The translations under genes and the position numbers were made by a program. Below are positions 24,858 to 33,359 of a stretch of DNA of 40,000 nucleotides, in pieces. This DNA is from Acinetobacter sp. ANC 4169. GTDB lineage: Bacteria; Pseudomonadota; Gammaproteobacteria; Pseudomonadales; Moraxellaceae. The DNA is taken from positions 81,764 through 121,763 of the forward strand of contig NZ_NEGE01000001.1 of the NCBI RefSeq assembly GCF_002135355.1, in the 5' to 3' direction. The stretch's first letter is position 1. The number at the start of each line of letters is the position of its first letter. Under the pieces are notes generated by a model. The model did no database searches. It was not told where the DNA came from and saw nothing but the letters and a program-made list of their open reading frames with translations.

Positions 24858-26759
24858 TCAATCAATAGTTAACTTCGGTAATTTCAGTTGCACAATCGCC
24901 TGAATGATCGTGCAGCCTGGCTCAGAAGATAATTTAAAATCGGCACCCATACGCTGCAAACGCATATTCATACTGCGCATACCAATACTTAATCCTTGTT
25001 GCGCCACACATTCAGCATCAAAACCAATACCGTCATCTTCTATATTTAAAATAAACTGATTTTCTGTAATATAAACCATCGATATTTTTACATGCTTGGC
25101 CTGACTATGTTTAATAATATTAGTCAGACTCTCTTCCAATACCCGTATTAAGGTGAGGCACTGTAAAGCATTAGGCACTGCCTGCCATTCAGACGGAAAA
25201 ATCCACTTAGAATGAATATCCAGCTCATCCATAAGCTGGCTAAAACGATGCCTCACTGGTGCTACCCACAATATAGGACTAACTGGAATTTTATTATCTG
25301 CAGAAGAACCACTATCGATAATTTGTCTAAGGTCATCTCTTAATAATTTAAGCATCGATAAAAATTGCTTATTCGAAATATTATGGGCGCTTTGATCCAC
25401 TAAAATCATCGATCGAACTAAAGATGCGCCTAAACCATCATGTAAATCATGCGATAAATGGATTCTTTCCTGTAATTTGACATTTTCAAGCTCGAGTTGA
25501 TGCTTTTCATTTAAACTGGAACTTAAATCTTCACTCACTTGCTGAATTTTTACTTCAAGCTGTGCATTAAATGCTTCTACTTTTTTAATATTATGTGACA
25601 ATCGTGTTCCCAATATCATCACCAGAAAAAAGGTAATAATTGGTGCAGTATAGGGAGATAAAGGTCCGTTATCCGTTCCCGTATATGTTGATAATAAGAA
25701 AAGGTCAAATAAGGTAAAAAATAGAATCCCCATCAGGCAAATAGATAAAAAGATATAATCTATTCTTCTCGATCGAATGGCGTGATAACTGATATAGAAA
25801 GAAGTGAGAAAAAATAAACTGACATATATCAAAAATATCAGCGCAAAAATCAGATAAATCTGAGCTTCGGGGGTAATAAAAATACCCACGATTGCAAGCC
25901 CAGTCACAAAATAAGCAACAGACTCGACTTTAGCCAAATGCTTTTGAATAAACCTTAATAAATAAATACAAAAACTAATGATATAAAGCACAAAGAAAAC
26001 CAAATTAAATTGAGCTGCCATTAAACTTGTCGGAAAAGGAAATGTTTCTGTAGTTAAAACATTTGAAATAAACATCACCCACAACATCGAACTTAAGGCA
26101 AACCATCCAAATGCAGTTTCTTTAGGTCTTAATAACCAGATCACCAGGCAAATCACACCAAAGGTGATTGATAAAATGATATTTATTTGAAATAAGGTTC
26201 TGCGCTCCCATATTTTTTTTTGATACACATCATAAATCGTTTGCACATCATTAAAAAAAATTCTTCCTAATCCAGGAGATTGAAAAGCATTGCCTTTCAC
26301 ATAAATCAAAATTTCATTGTTCTCAGGTTTTAAGGCAGCTAATGGTAAAATCCAGTAACGTGGTACATTCCAGCTTTTTGACAGCGGTTCCTGTAGATTT
26401 TTATTCTTCCAGAGTAAATCGCCATTTAAATAAACAGCACCGGTAGAATTAATATAATCAATTAAAAAAGCAACAGGTTCTGTAAGTTTGGCCTTATTTT
26501 GGCAGGACCAGCTCCATTGGATTTTGTACCAGGCTGCTCCATCATAATTTTTCCAGCGCTTCTGCCACTGATCGGGTAAATCTACAGATTGCCATCCCTG
26601 CTGCGGTAAAACAGTAGCTGAACTGGTCTTAACAGTACGAATAGAATGAATCTGCACTGCACATTGTGCATTAATACTTTGCGTTATTTCAGCAGTACTG
26701 ATTTGACTCAGCAGGCTAAGAACCACAATAAAAAAGTAATGCACAATAAACTGCTTCAT
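24858..26759 (-). CDS. sensor histidine kinase: periplasmic 7TMR-DISMED2-like domain, 7 TM helices, HisKA_3, HATPase_c
   Basis: 633 aa with a signal peptide. Periplasmic W..V.LP..W......G.AWYKI.....NG pattern, seven hydrophobic helices (residues ~190-390), a coiled coil, the H-box SHDLHDGLGASL, and ATPase boxes (EESLTNIIKHS, DDGIGF). Confidence 0.85.
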   Translation of the reverse strand: MKQFIVHYFFIVVLSLLSQISTAEITQSINAQCAVQIHSIRTVKTSSATVLPQQGWQSVDLPDQWQKRWKNYDGAAWYKIQWSWSCQNKAKLTEPVAFLIDYINSTGAVYLNGDLLWKNKNLQEPLSKSWNVPRYWILPLAALKPENNEILIYVKGNAFQSPGLGRIFFNDVQTIYDVYQKKIWERRTLFQINIILSITFGVICLVIWLLRPKETAFGWFALSSMLWVMFISNVLTTETFPFPTSLMAAQFNLVFFVLYIISFCIYLLRFIQKHLAKVESVAYFVTGLAIVGIFITPEAQIYLIFALIFLIYVSLFFLTSFYISYHAIRSRRIDYIFLSICLMGILFFTLFDLFLLSTYTGTDNGPLSPYTAPIITFFLVMILGTRLSHNIKKVEAFNAQLEVKIQQVSEDLSSSLNEKHQLELENVKLQERIHLSHDLHDGLGASLVRSMILVDQSAHNISNKQFLSMLKLLRDDLRQIIDSGSSADNKIPVSPILWVAPVRHRFSQLMDELDIHSKWIFPSEWQAVPNALQCLTLIRVLEESLTNIIKHSQAKHVKISMVYITENQFILNIEDDGIGFDAECVAQQGLSIGMRSMNMRLQRMGADFKLSSEPGCTIIQAIVQLKLPKLTID

Positions 26760-27439
26760 AAAATCCCTAAGGATCGTGCGGCACTGACGGCTTTGGTTCT
26801 TTTGGTGACCGACAATTTTCGGTAAATATGTTTAATATGGCTTTCAACCGTATATTTAGAAACAAAGAGTTGTTCAGCAATTTCCCGATTACTCATCCCT
26901 TGCGCGACCAGATTCAGAATTTCAGTTTCCCGATTGGTTAACAGCTCCATTTCTGCATCTATGAGCTTCTGATCATGGCTGGCCGGTATCACCGCAGCCG
27001 ATATCTGTTTTAAAATTTCTTGTGCAATAAAAGGGTCTATCGGTGCCCCACCACGTAAAATGCTGCGAATGGATAACTTGACTTCTGCATCATCACGTTC
27101 TTTCAGTACATAACCTGTCGCACCAGCCTTGATTGCTGAAAATAAACTTTCCTGCGTACTCCAGGCCGAAATCACCAAAATCAGGGCATTGTTATCCAGT
27201 GTGCGTAGCCTTTCAATCAGCTCTATGCCATTGCCGTCGGGCAGTCCAAGATCAACCAGGGCCAAAGAAATTGGTTGCTGTTCTATTTCCACAAAAGCCT
27301 GCTGCAAATTCTTGGCAAAAATGAGCATATCTTTACGATAACCCAACTCTGTCAATATATTTTTTAATCGTTCTTGAATAAGATCTTCATCTTCAACAAT
27401 TAAAACTGGTACTGGTAAAATTGTTTCTAGTTCTGACAC
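26756..27439 (-). CDS. NarL/LuxR-family response regulator
   Basis: 227 aa. Receiver domain (VLIVEDEDL...LALVDLGLPDGNG...GYVLK) plus a LuxR HTH (LTNRETEILNLVAQGMSNREIAEQLFVSKYTVESHIKHIYRKL). Its stop overlaps the kinase start (ATGA). Confidence 0.92.
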   Translation of the reverse strand: MSELETILPVPVLIVEDEDLIQERLKNILTELGYRKDMLIFAKNLQQAFVEIEQQPISLALVDLGLPDGNGIELIERLRTLDNNALILVISAWSTQESLFSAIKAGATGYVLKERDDAEVKLSIRSILRGGAPIDPFIAQEILKQISAAVIPASHDQKLIDAEMELLTNRETEILNLVAQGMSNREIAEQLFVSKYTVESHIKHIYRKLSVTKRTKAVSAARSLGIL

Positions 27440-27704
27440 AAACCACCCCCTGTTATAACCGCTTACTATAGCGAGAAAAACGAGCTTAACGATATCCCTA
27501 AAACTTGGTAATTCAATGACTTTTATACTAATAATACATCAATCTTATTTGCTATTCTGCTGTCAATCAATCTCAATGAACACAATAAAATAAACATTCT
27601 AGAATTCAATCGATCATTGCTCCAGCATTGATCGATTCAATATTCTGAATATGATGCACTATAATGTGGCCGCTTTGCTTTCAGTTTGAATTTATCCTAT
27701 ATAC

Positions 27705-27729
27705 AAAAAAACCGCTGATTGAGCGGTTT
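27705..27729 (-). terminator. terminator of the GST-N gene
   Basis: AAAAAAACCGCT-GATTG-AGCGGTTTC. The T-run falls on the minus strand. Confidence 0.7.
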
Positions 27730-27744
27730 CTTGGTTCATATAGG

Positions 27745-28524
27745 TTACTCACCATATTGCTGGTTTAAGTATTTGACAATATCGGCTGACTCGAACATTT
27801 TTACTCCGGTATTGGCATCAATCAGATACGGCACCTGAATATCACGCCCCATCACTGCTACGATTTTTTCACGTTTGCCCCCCGCAAGAGCTTCATATTT
27901 GCCAGGCTTAAAACGTAACACTGCAGGTCCCATATCCTGCCAGCGTTCCTTGGCCACGTTATGGTAAACATAGGGCAATTCCAGTTCGCTTAATACTCCA
28001 CGCACAATACGGGTAAAAGGACTGGCTTCAAAACCCCATAATTCCAGCAGTTGTGCAGGTGCTGCACGATCTTTGATTTTCGGATTAATCCAGACGCCAC
28101 GTGCACCATTCACGATGGTACCGGCTAAAGCTACGACAGGTATTTTAGGATAATGTGCAAATTTTTTTGGCGTTGTTCCTGTTTTACCATAATGCTTGAA
28201 TAAATAATCAATGATGACTTGCGACTCGTATATTTCAGTACCCGTATTTTCATCAATAAAAAATGGAAATCGTCTCTTTCCGCCTTTTTCCTTGACTATT
28301 TTTCGATACTTTTGTCCGCCTTTAGGACAAGGATAGACTTCATAATCCAAATTCAACAAGGTCAGTACTTCACGTACACGGCGGCAAAATGGCGAACCTT
28401 CAAATTCATAAAGTTTGAGTGATTTTTCAGGCTGCTTTGGAAAGGCTGTACCGCTGACGCCTCGCCCTCCGGCAGTCAAGGATGAAGCCAGCGCCTGGAT
28501 CACTTTAATTTGATGATTCACCAT
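27745..28524 (-). CDS. protein with two tandem GST-N/glutaredoxin-like (thioredoxin-fold) domains
   Basis: 259 aa with an internal repeat: LKLYEFEGSPFCRRVREVLTLLNLDYEVY...FPFFIDENTGTEIYESQVIIDYL versus LELWGFEASPFTRIVRGVLSELELPYVYH...VPYLIDANTGVKMFESADIVKYL. Confidence 0.75.
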   Translation of the reverse strand: MVNHQIKVIQALASSLTAGGRGVSGTAFPKQPEKSLKLYEFEGSPFCRRVREVLTLLNLDYEVYPCPKGGQKYRKIVKEKGGKRRFPFFIDENTGTEIYESQVIIDYLFKHYGKTGTTPKKFAHYPKIPVVALAGTIVNGARGVWINPKIKDRAAPAQLLELWGFEASPFTRIVRGVLSELELPYVYHNVAKERWQDMGPAVLRFKPGKYEALAGGKREKIVAVMGRDIQVPYLIDANTGVKMFESADIVKYLNQQYGE

Positions 28525-28548
28525 ATTTTTATCCTTATATATTGGTCG

Positions 28549-29061
28549 TTATAAATCGACTAATTTTTCATTGGCAATCACAATTCCGTTGTTATCAGCA
28601 TAGATATAATCGCCAGAATTGATGTTTACACCACCAAAATACAGAGTTACATCAACCTCGCCTATGCCTTTGCGATTACTTTTTTGTGGAATTGCAGCCA
28701 ATGCATGCACACCCAAATCCAGTTCGGCAATTGCATCGACATCACGCACACAGCCATAAATCACCACCCCATTCCAGTGATTTTTAACCGCAGACTCGGC
28801 AATCATATCGCCCATCAAGGCACAGCGCATGGATGCCCCACCATCCACCACCAGCACTTTACCGGTACCATCGGTGGCAAGCAGTTCTTTGACACGTGAA
28901 TTATCTTCAAAGCATTTCACTGTCACTACCTGACCGCCAAAACTTTTGCGTGCGCCATAGCTTTTAAAAAATTTACCATCCATAGATGGTGTCACGACCT
29001 GAATCTGTTTTTCTGGATTGTCATCAAGTAAGTCACATGTTACGAATGCTGGATTAGACAC
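28549..29061 (-). CDS. rraA: RraA (RNase E activity regulator / RraA-family aldolase fold)
   Basis: 170 aa, colinear with E. coli RraA (FGG...TVKCFEDN, G.G.VLVVDGG.S.R.AL, W.G.VIYG.VRDVD...LD.G..A.AAIP, GIGE.DV...FGGV.). Confidence 0.92.
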   Translation of the reverse strand: MSNPAFVTCDLLDDNPEKQIQVVTPSMDGKFFKSYGARKSFGGQVVTVKCFEDNSRVKELLATDGTGKVLVVDGGASMRCALMGDMIAESAVKNHWNGVVIYGCVRDVDAIAELDLGVHALAAIPQKSNRKGIGEVDVTLYFGGVNINSGDYIYADNNGIVIANEKLVDL

Positions 29062-29073
29062 TTTATAGTTCCC

Positions 29074-29739
29074 TCATTTGGAATTTTGTATGCGTAAATT
29101 ATCATAAATTTCAAACTTTTCAGTTTGAGTTTGCGCTGCCTCGACCATAGTATGAGCCACCTGCTCTGCTGTCACTGGCTTATATTTGAATGTATTGGGA
29201 ACCAAATGCGAGAATTTCCGGTACAGCTTTTGGCTCAGATCTTCCAAAGTTCGCTGTTCTAACCGCTCACCCAACAATAATGAAGGCCGCAGGATAGAAA
29301 CGCTTTGCAGGTTTAAGCTCTGGATATGACTTTCCAGCTCACCTTTTACCCGATTGTAAAAAATTTTTGATTGCGCATTGGCACCCATGGCACTAATCAA
29401 CAAGTAATGGGTCGAGGTCGATTCAAATAAGTCAGCAAAATGTGCATTAATTTCATAATCGATATTATGAAAATTTTCTTTTGATCCTGCTTTCTTTAAG
29501 GTGGTGCCTAAACAACTAAACGCATGGCTATATCCGTTTACATCTTCATCGTTGAGTAAAAGAAAATCTTCCAACACAAATTGTTGTACTTTTTTTAGGC
29601 TTTTAAGCTGCTGATCTTCATGTCTCACCACTGCTGTGATTTTTTCACAGCTTTCAATCAGGCTGAGCTGCTTCAGGAGTTCACGTCCCACCAAACCTGT
29701 TGCTCCAATCACAATTGCACTTTTAATTGATTTAGTCAT
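29074..29739 (-). CDS. NAD(P)H-binding atypical SDR (YraR-like)
   Basis: 221 aa. Rossmann GATGLVG, then CLGTT...AGSKE.F...DY and SAMGANA.S..FYNRVKGE.E...RPS.LLG.R as in E. coli YraR. Confidence 0.8.
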   Translation of the reverse strand: MTKSIKSAIVIGATGLVGRELLKQLSLIESCEKITAVVRHEDQQLKSLKKVQQFVLEDFLLLNDEDVNGYSHAFSCLGTTLKKAGSKENFHNIDYEINAHFADLFESTSTHYLLISAMGANAQSKIFYNRVKGELESHIQSLNLQSVSILRPSLLLGERLEQRTLEDLSQKLYRKFSHLVPNTFKYKPVTAEQVAHTMVEAAQTQTEKFEIYDNLRIQNSK

Positions 29740-29954
29740 TTTTTAAGCAATCTCTATAGGTTATTTCTAATGTAACGGTTTCTTTATACTTTTTATGCAT
29801 CTAAAATGTTGTCAAATCAAGTCAAGACTTGACTTAACGCCATAGTTTAATCACAATATGGCACTTGTTTACGGGCTGGTGATAATTCTTCTGATGAAGG
29901 TTTTCAGTTGCAATTTCAGCCCGCCCAGACCAATCTAATTCAAGGAGTGCACGA

Positions 29955-30221
29955 GTGGCAAACTCTGCTCAAGCTAAAAAACGTGCTCGTCAAAACGTTA
30001 AAGCACGTAAACACAACGCTAGCTTACGTTCTATGGTTCGTACTTATCTTAAACGTACAGTAGCTGCTATCGCTGCTGGTGATTATGCTGCTGCTACAGA
30101 AGCATACAAAACTGCGGTTCCTGTAATTGACCGTATGGCTGATAAAGGCATCATCCATAAAAACAAAGCTGCTCGTCATAAGAGCCGTTTGAATGCACAA
30201 GTTAAAGCTTTAGCTAACTAA
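29955..30221 (+). CDS. rpsT: 30S ribosomal protein S20
   Basis: 88 aa with a GTG start preceded by [19 protein letters not shown]...HKN.AAR.KSRL is typical of S20. Confidence 0.96.
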   Translation: MANSAQAKKRARQNVKARKHNASLRSMVRTYLKRTVAAIAAGDYAAATEAYKTAVPVIDRMADKGIIHKNKAARHKSRLNAQVKALAN

Positions 30222-30232
30222 GTTGTTGCATT

Positions 30233-30259
30233 GAAAAAAGCCCGTTTAGGGCTTTTTTT
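30233..30259 (+). terminator. rpsT terminator
   Basis: AAAAAAGCCC-GTTTA-GGGCTTTTTTT. Confidence 0.8.
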
Positions 30260-30362
30260 ATACCTATAAGAAAATGACTGGATTTAAGATTAGTCAATTC
30301 TAAAAATATAAAATAGTTAAAAATTCTTGCTGCACACTGATTTTTTTAAAGCCAATCATTCT

Positions 30363-31106
30363 TTATTTTATTTTTTCCAAGTTCTGAAACTCCCGAATCG
30401 ACAGCTCATTCACTTCACCACGCCAGATCCACTTTAGCTTGGATTCCAGAAACTCATCCCCTTCAAACCAGACAAATAAACCTTCCATCATTTTAGGCCA
30501 GTCTTCCCGGCTAATCGTATTACGCCCGGAAATCACCGCAATAATGGCTGCAAGGATTGTATCGTGGCTCACCGCCAAGCTTAAACCGAAATGGTCTTGT
30601 GGATGGGTGTTATAAATCAGTTCCAGTACATCAACCACCCCAGAAATAGGATGCTTCATTCCGGGTAAAGAATTATTGACAAAACTGTTAATAAAACCCA
30701 GAGCGCCCTGTTTTCGAAAATATGGACCTGCCTGTTTGATATCAAGCACAAAACTTCCCGGCTCGACCAATAAGCCTTGCTCGACAATTTCAATATGATG
30801 GGTATTCTGTGCCAGTGTACTTGCATCAGCACCTTGGATCATTAAAGCGGCCGTATCGACACAGCGCTGTATCGGACTGGAAATACAGTGTTGGATGCTA
30901 CGATCAGTATTATTAATTAAATAGCTTCCCCAAGTCTGGGCCAACTCCCGTCCCTGTTCTGTTAACTGCAAATCATAGCCAGCCAAGCCCTGTCCAGTAA
31001 CCACCTCACGAATAGAATGACGGGTAAATAAAGTCACAGGGGTTTTGGCATCAGGCAATAAATCAATCGCCTTCAGCATACTTGTAGGGAGTAGTTCTAA
31101 CGCCAT
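30363..31106 (-). CDS. histidine phosphatase-superfamily protein
   Basis: LFTRHSIRE (RHG-type catalytic motif) and a later SHDT motif. I prefer the ATG at 31106 over the GTG at 31142, but the start is uncertain. Confidence 0.65.
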   Translation of the reverse strand: MALELLPTSMLKAIDLLPDAKTPVTLFTRHSIREVVTGQGLAGYDLQLTEQGRELAQTWGSYLINNTDRSIQHCISSPIQRCVDTAALMIQGADASTLAQNTHHIEIVEQGLLVEPGSFVLDIKQAGPYFRKQGALGFINSFVNNSLPGMKHPISGVVDVLELIYNTHPQDHFGLSLAVSHDTILAAIIAVISGRNTISREDWPKMMEGLFVWFEGDEFLESKLKWIWRGEVNELSIREFQNLEKIK

Positions 31107-31164
31107 GATGCAGCCAAAAAATTTGAATCTGGTTGAATACACTATAGCATGTTAAAGCATCCGC

Positions 31165-32019
31165 TCAATCGATGTTCGCCATAAGTCCTAGAGTCTGGAA
31201 TGCTAAATTCTTCATCTCGCTATTACGAAAAGCAATAAAGCCACCATTGAGCAGACTATCGCGCTGATTATATAAAAAAGGTCTGCCCTTGAAATCGACC
31301 AAGCCACCACCGATGCGCTCAATCAGGCATTGTCCTGCACTGGTATCCCACTCACTGGTCGGATGGAAACGTGGGTAAATATCCACTTTCCCTTCCAGCA
31401 TCATGCAAAACTTATAAGCACTACCCGCCTTAAACTCTAGCACTTCCACCTGCTGTTTTAAGATATCCAGATATTTGGCATATTTGGGCTTGCCCTGACT
31501 GCTTTGACTTAAACCCACCTGAACAGTTTTAGACTGTTCATCATCAACATATTGCAGCCACTGCCGAGTCTCAATTTCAAATTTTAAAGGCAAGCCTTGT
31601 TTGGGACAAAAATATATGGTTTGTTCACCCGGTATGGCCAATAGCGCAAAGGTAGTATGTGCACCTTCAACCAGACTTAAATTAATTGTAAATTCAGGAC
31701 GTTTATGCAGAAATTCTTTGGTGCCATCCAAAGGGTCAAGCAACCAGAAATTTTGCCATTGCTTGCGTTGGCTATTATCACCTTCTTCCGACAATAAAGG
31801 GATCAGCGGAAAAGTCTGCTTTAATGCCTTGGTGATAAATTCATTAACCCGATAATCGGCCTGTGTCACCGGAGAATTGTCATGTTTATGCTCTACATCG
31901 AAGACTTTACCCGCACAATAGGCCTGATATTCTGCTCGCAAAATTTCACATGCCTGTGTCACAATGGGAACCAACTGTAAAATCAAAGCATCTTGCGGTG
32001 CTGTCGTTGCTCTAAACAT
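31165..32019 (-). CDS. cysQ: 3'(2'),5'-bisphosphate nucleotidase CysQ
   Basis: 284 aa. KHDNSPVTQAD, LLSEE, WLLDPLDGTKEF, YPRF.PT..WDT.AG as in E. coli CysQ. AAGG Shine-Dalgarno upstream of the ATG. Confidence 0.9.
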   Translation of the reverse strand: MFRATTAPQDALILQLVPIVTQACEILRAEYQAYCAGKVFDVEHKHDNSPVTQADYRVNEFITKALKQTFPLIPLLSEEGDNSQRKQWQNFWLLDPLDGTKEFLHKRPEFTINLSLVEGAHTTFALLAIPGEQTIYFCPKQGLPLKFEIETRQWLQYVDDEQSKTVQVGLSQSSQGKPKYAKYLDILKQQVEVLEFKAGSAYKFCMMLEGKVDIYPRFHPTSEWDTSAGQCLIERIGGGLVDFKGRPFLYNQRDSLLNGGFIAFRNSEMKNLAFQTLGLMANID

Positions 32020-32032
32020 AGATTACCTTCAT

Positions 32033-32719
32033 ATGCCGAATTATTCAGAAAAACCCACCATCATCTTCGATATGGATGGCACACTTCTTGATCTTGCTTA
32101 TGATGATTTCATCTGGAATCATCAACTTCCGATTCGTTATGCTGCCCAGCATGACTGCACACTCGAACAAAGCACCCAAGCGCTATTTCAATTTTATCAG
32201 CAACACAATCATACCTTAAACTGGTATTCCACCCGTTTCTGGAGTGCCAAGGTAGGTGTAGACACCCTTGCGCTACAACATGAGTTTAAACATAAAGTCG
32301 CTTTACGTGCAGGTTGTGTAGAATTACTGCAATATCTTAAAGCCCAGGGCTATTCCTGCTGGATTGCAACCAATGCCGATTGTGAAGGTTTAAAATTCAA
32401 ACTCGAACAAACCCAAATCGCGCATTATTTCGATGTCATTATCAGCAGTGAACTTATCGGTTATGCCAAAGAAAATATCGAATTCTGGCAAAAACTGCAT
32501 GCACTACATCCCTTTTCAATCGATCAGGCCTATTTTATTGATGATACGGAAAAAGTACTGAAAGGGGCAGAAAAATTTGGCATTCAGAATTTGATTACCA
32601 TTGCCCAGCCCTCATCTAAAGGAGAGATCAGGACAGAAAGTCCTTATCCTATTTTACAAGATTTAACTGACTTGATTGCCATGTTAAAACAAGCTGAGGA
32701 TTTGAAAATATATGCCTAA
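32033..32719 (+). CDS. yrfG: HAD-family GMP/IMP nucleotidase (YrfG-like)
   Basis: IIFDMDGTLLDLAYDDFIW...HTLNWY...W..K.G.D closely parallels E. coli YrfG (LLDMDGTLLDLAFDNYFW...HTLNWY). The yrfG-hslR synteny matches E. coli. I prefer the ATG at 32033; the 31964 start would overlap cysQ. Confidence 0.85.
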   Translation: MPNYSEKPTIIFDMDGTLLDLAYDDFIWNHQLPIRYAAQHDCTLEQSTQALFQFYQQHNHTLNWYSTRFWSAKVGVDTLALQHEFKHKVALRAGCVELLQYLKAQGYSCWIATNADCEGLKFKLEQTQIAHYFDVIISSELIGYAKENIEFWQKLHALHPFSIDQAYFIDDTEKVLKGAEKFGIQNLITIAQPSSKGEIRTESPYPILQDLTDLIAMLKQAEDLKIYA

Positions 32720-33149
32720 TTCTTCTCAACAGCAGCATGTTGAAAGTATGCGTATCGATAAATGGTTATGGGCAGCACGTTTTTTTAAAACGCGCTCCAT
32801 CTGCAAAGCTGCAATTGAAGGCGGTAAAGTCCATCATAATGGTGAACGGGTTAAAGTGTCCAAAGAAGTCCGGGTGGGTATGGAACTCACCATTCAGCAG
32901 GGCTTTGACCGTAAAACTGTCGTCATCAAGGCCTTATCTGCTGTACGCGGTGCAGCACCTATTGCACAGCAACTTTATGAAGAAACTGAAGTCAGTATTG
33001 CAAAGCGAGAGTTGATTACTACGCAAAGAAAGTTGCATAATCTAGCCCGACCTGAACATCGGCCGAGTAAAAAAGATCGACGACAGATCAGTAAATTTAA
33101 ACAAGATAATGATCAGCAGTTTGACCAAAACTGGTCTTATGATGATTAG
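32712..33149 (+). CDS. hslR: ribosome-associated heat shock protein Hsp15 (S4 RNA-binding domain)
   Basis: 145 aa. MRIDKWLWAARFFKTRS....I.GGKV..NG...K.S typical of HslR. Overlaps yrfG by 8 nt. Confidence 0.9.
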   Translation: MPNSSQQQHVESMRIDKWLWAARFFKTRSICKAAIEGGKVHHNGERVKVSKEVRVGMELTIQQGFDRKTVVIKALSAVRGAAPIAQQLYEETEVSIAKRELITTQRKLHNLARPEHRPSKKDRRQISKFKQDNDQQFDQNWSYDD

Positions 33150-33359
33150 GGTCTGCTGACAATTCGCCTATGTTTGCGACGACGCAAGCCATTTCTGAAA
33201 TGTCAACAAACCCCATTTAAGCGTCATATTCTGTCGTACTCGACCGAATTGATATAGAACATAAAGAATGAATCTGTCACTATACTTGGGTGGAACACGT
33301 TAGAAAGCAACACATCCACTTAAGTTAATATTTCTGTGACATCGTTTTGAGGTTGTGAG

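Noticed and set aside
29819-29835. A perfect palindrome AAGTCAAG-A-CTTGACTT upstream of rpsT might be an operator, and its TTGACT might be the rpsT -35.
   Set aside because: I found no convincing -10 hexamer at 16-18 nt spacing. As a single occurrence I cannot distinguish an operator from chance, so it is not reported as a feature.
10433-30259. Recurrent AAAAGCCC-loop-GGGCTTTT hairpins (10433, 14347, 17689, 30233) might be a dispersed repeat or REP-like family.
   Set aside because: Each sits exactly at a gene 3' end with flanking A/T runs, and the loops and stem extensions differ. They are ordinary, often bidirectional, intrinsic terminators sharing a favoured GC clamp, not copies of one element.
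33230-33245. CTGTcgtactcgACCG upstream of recA might be a LexA/SOS box.
   Set aside because: The right arm is mismatched (ACCG rather than ACAG). The spacer is not AT-rich and lacks the flanking TA...TA of the gammaproteobacterial consensus. Acinetobacter is known to lack a canonical LexA.
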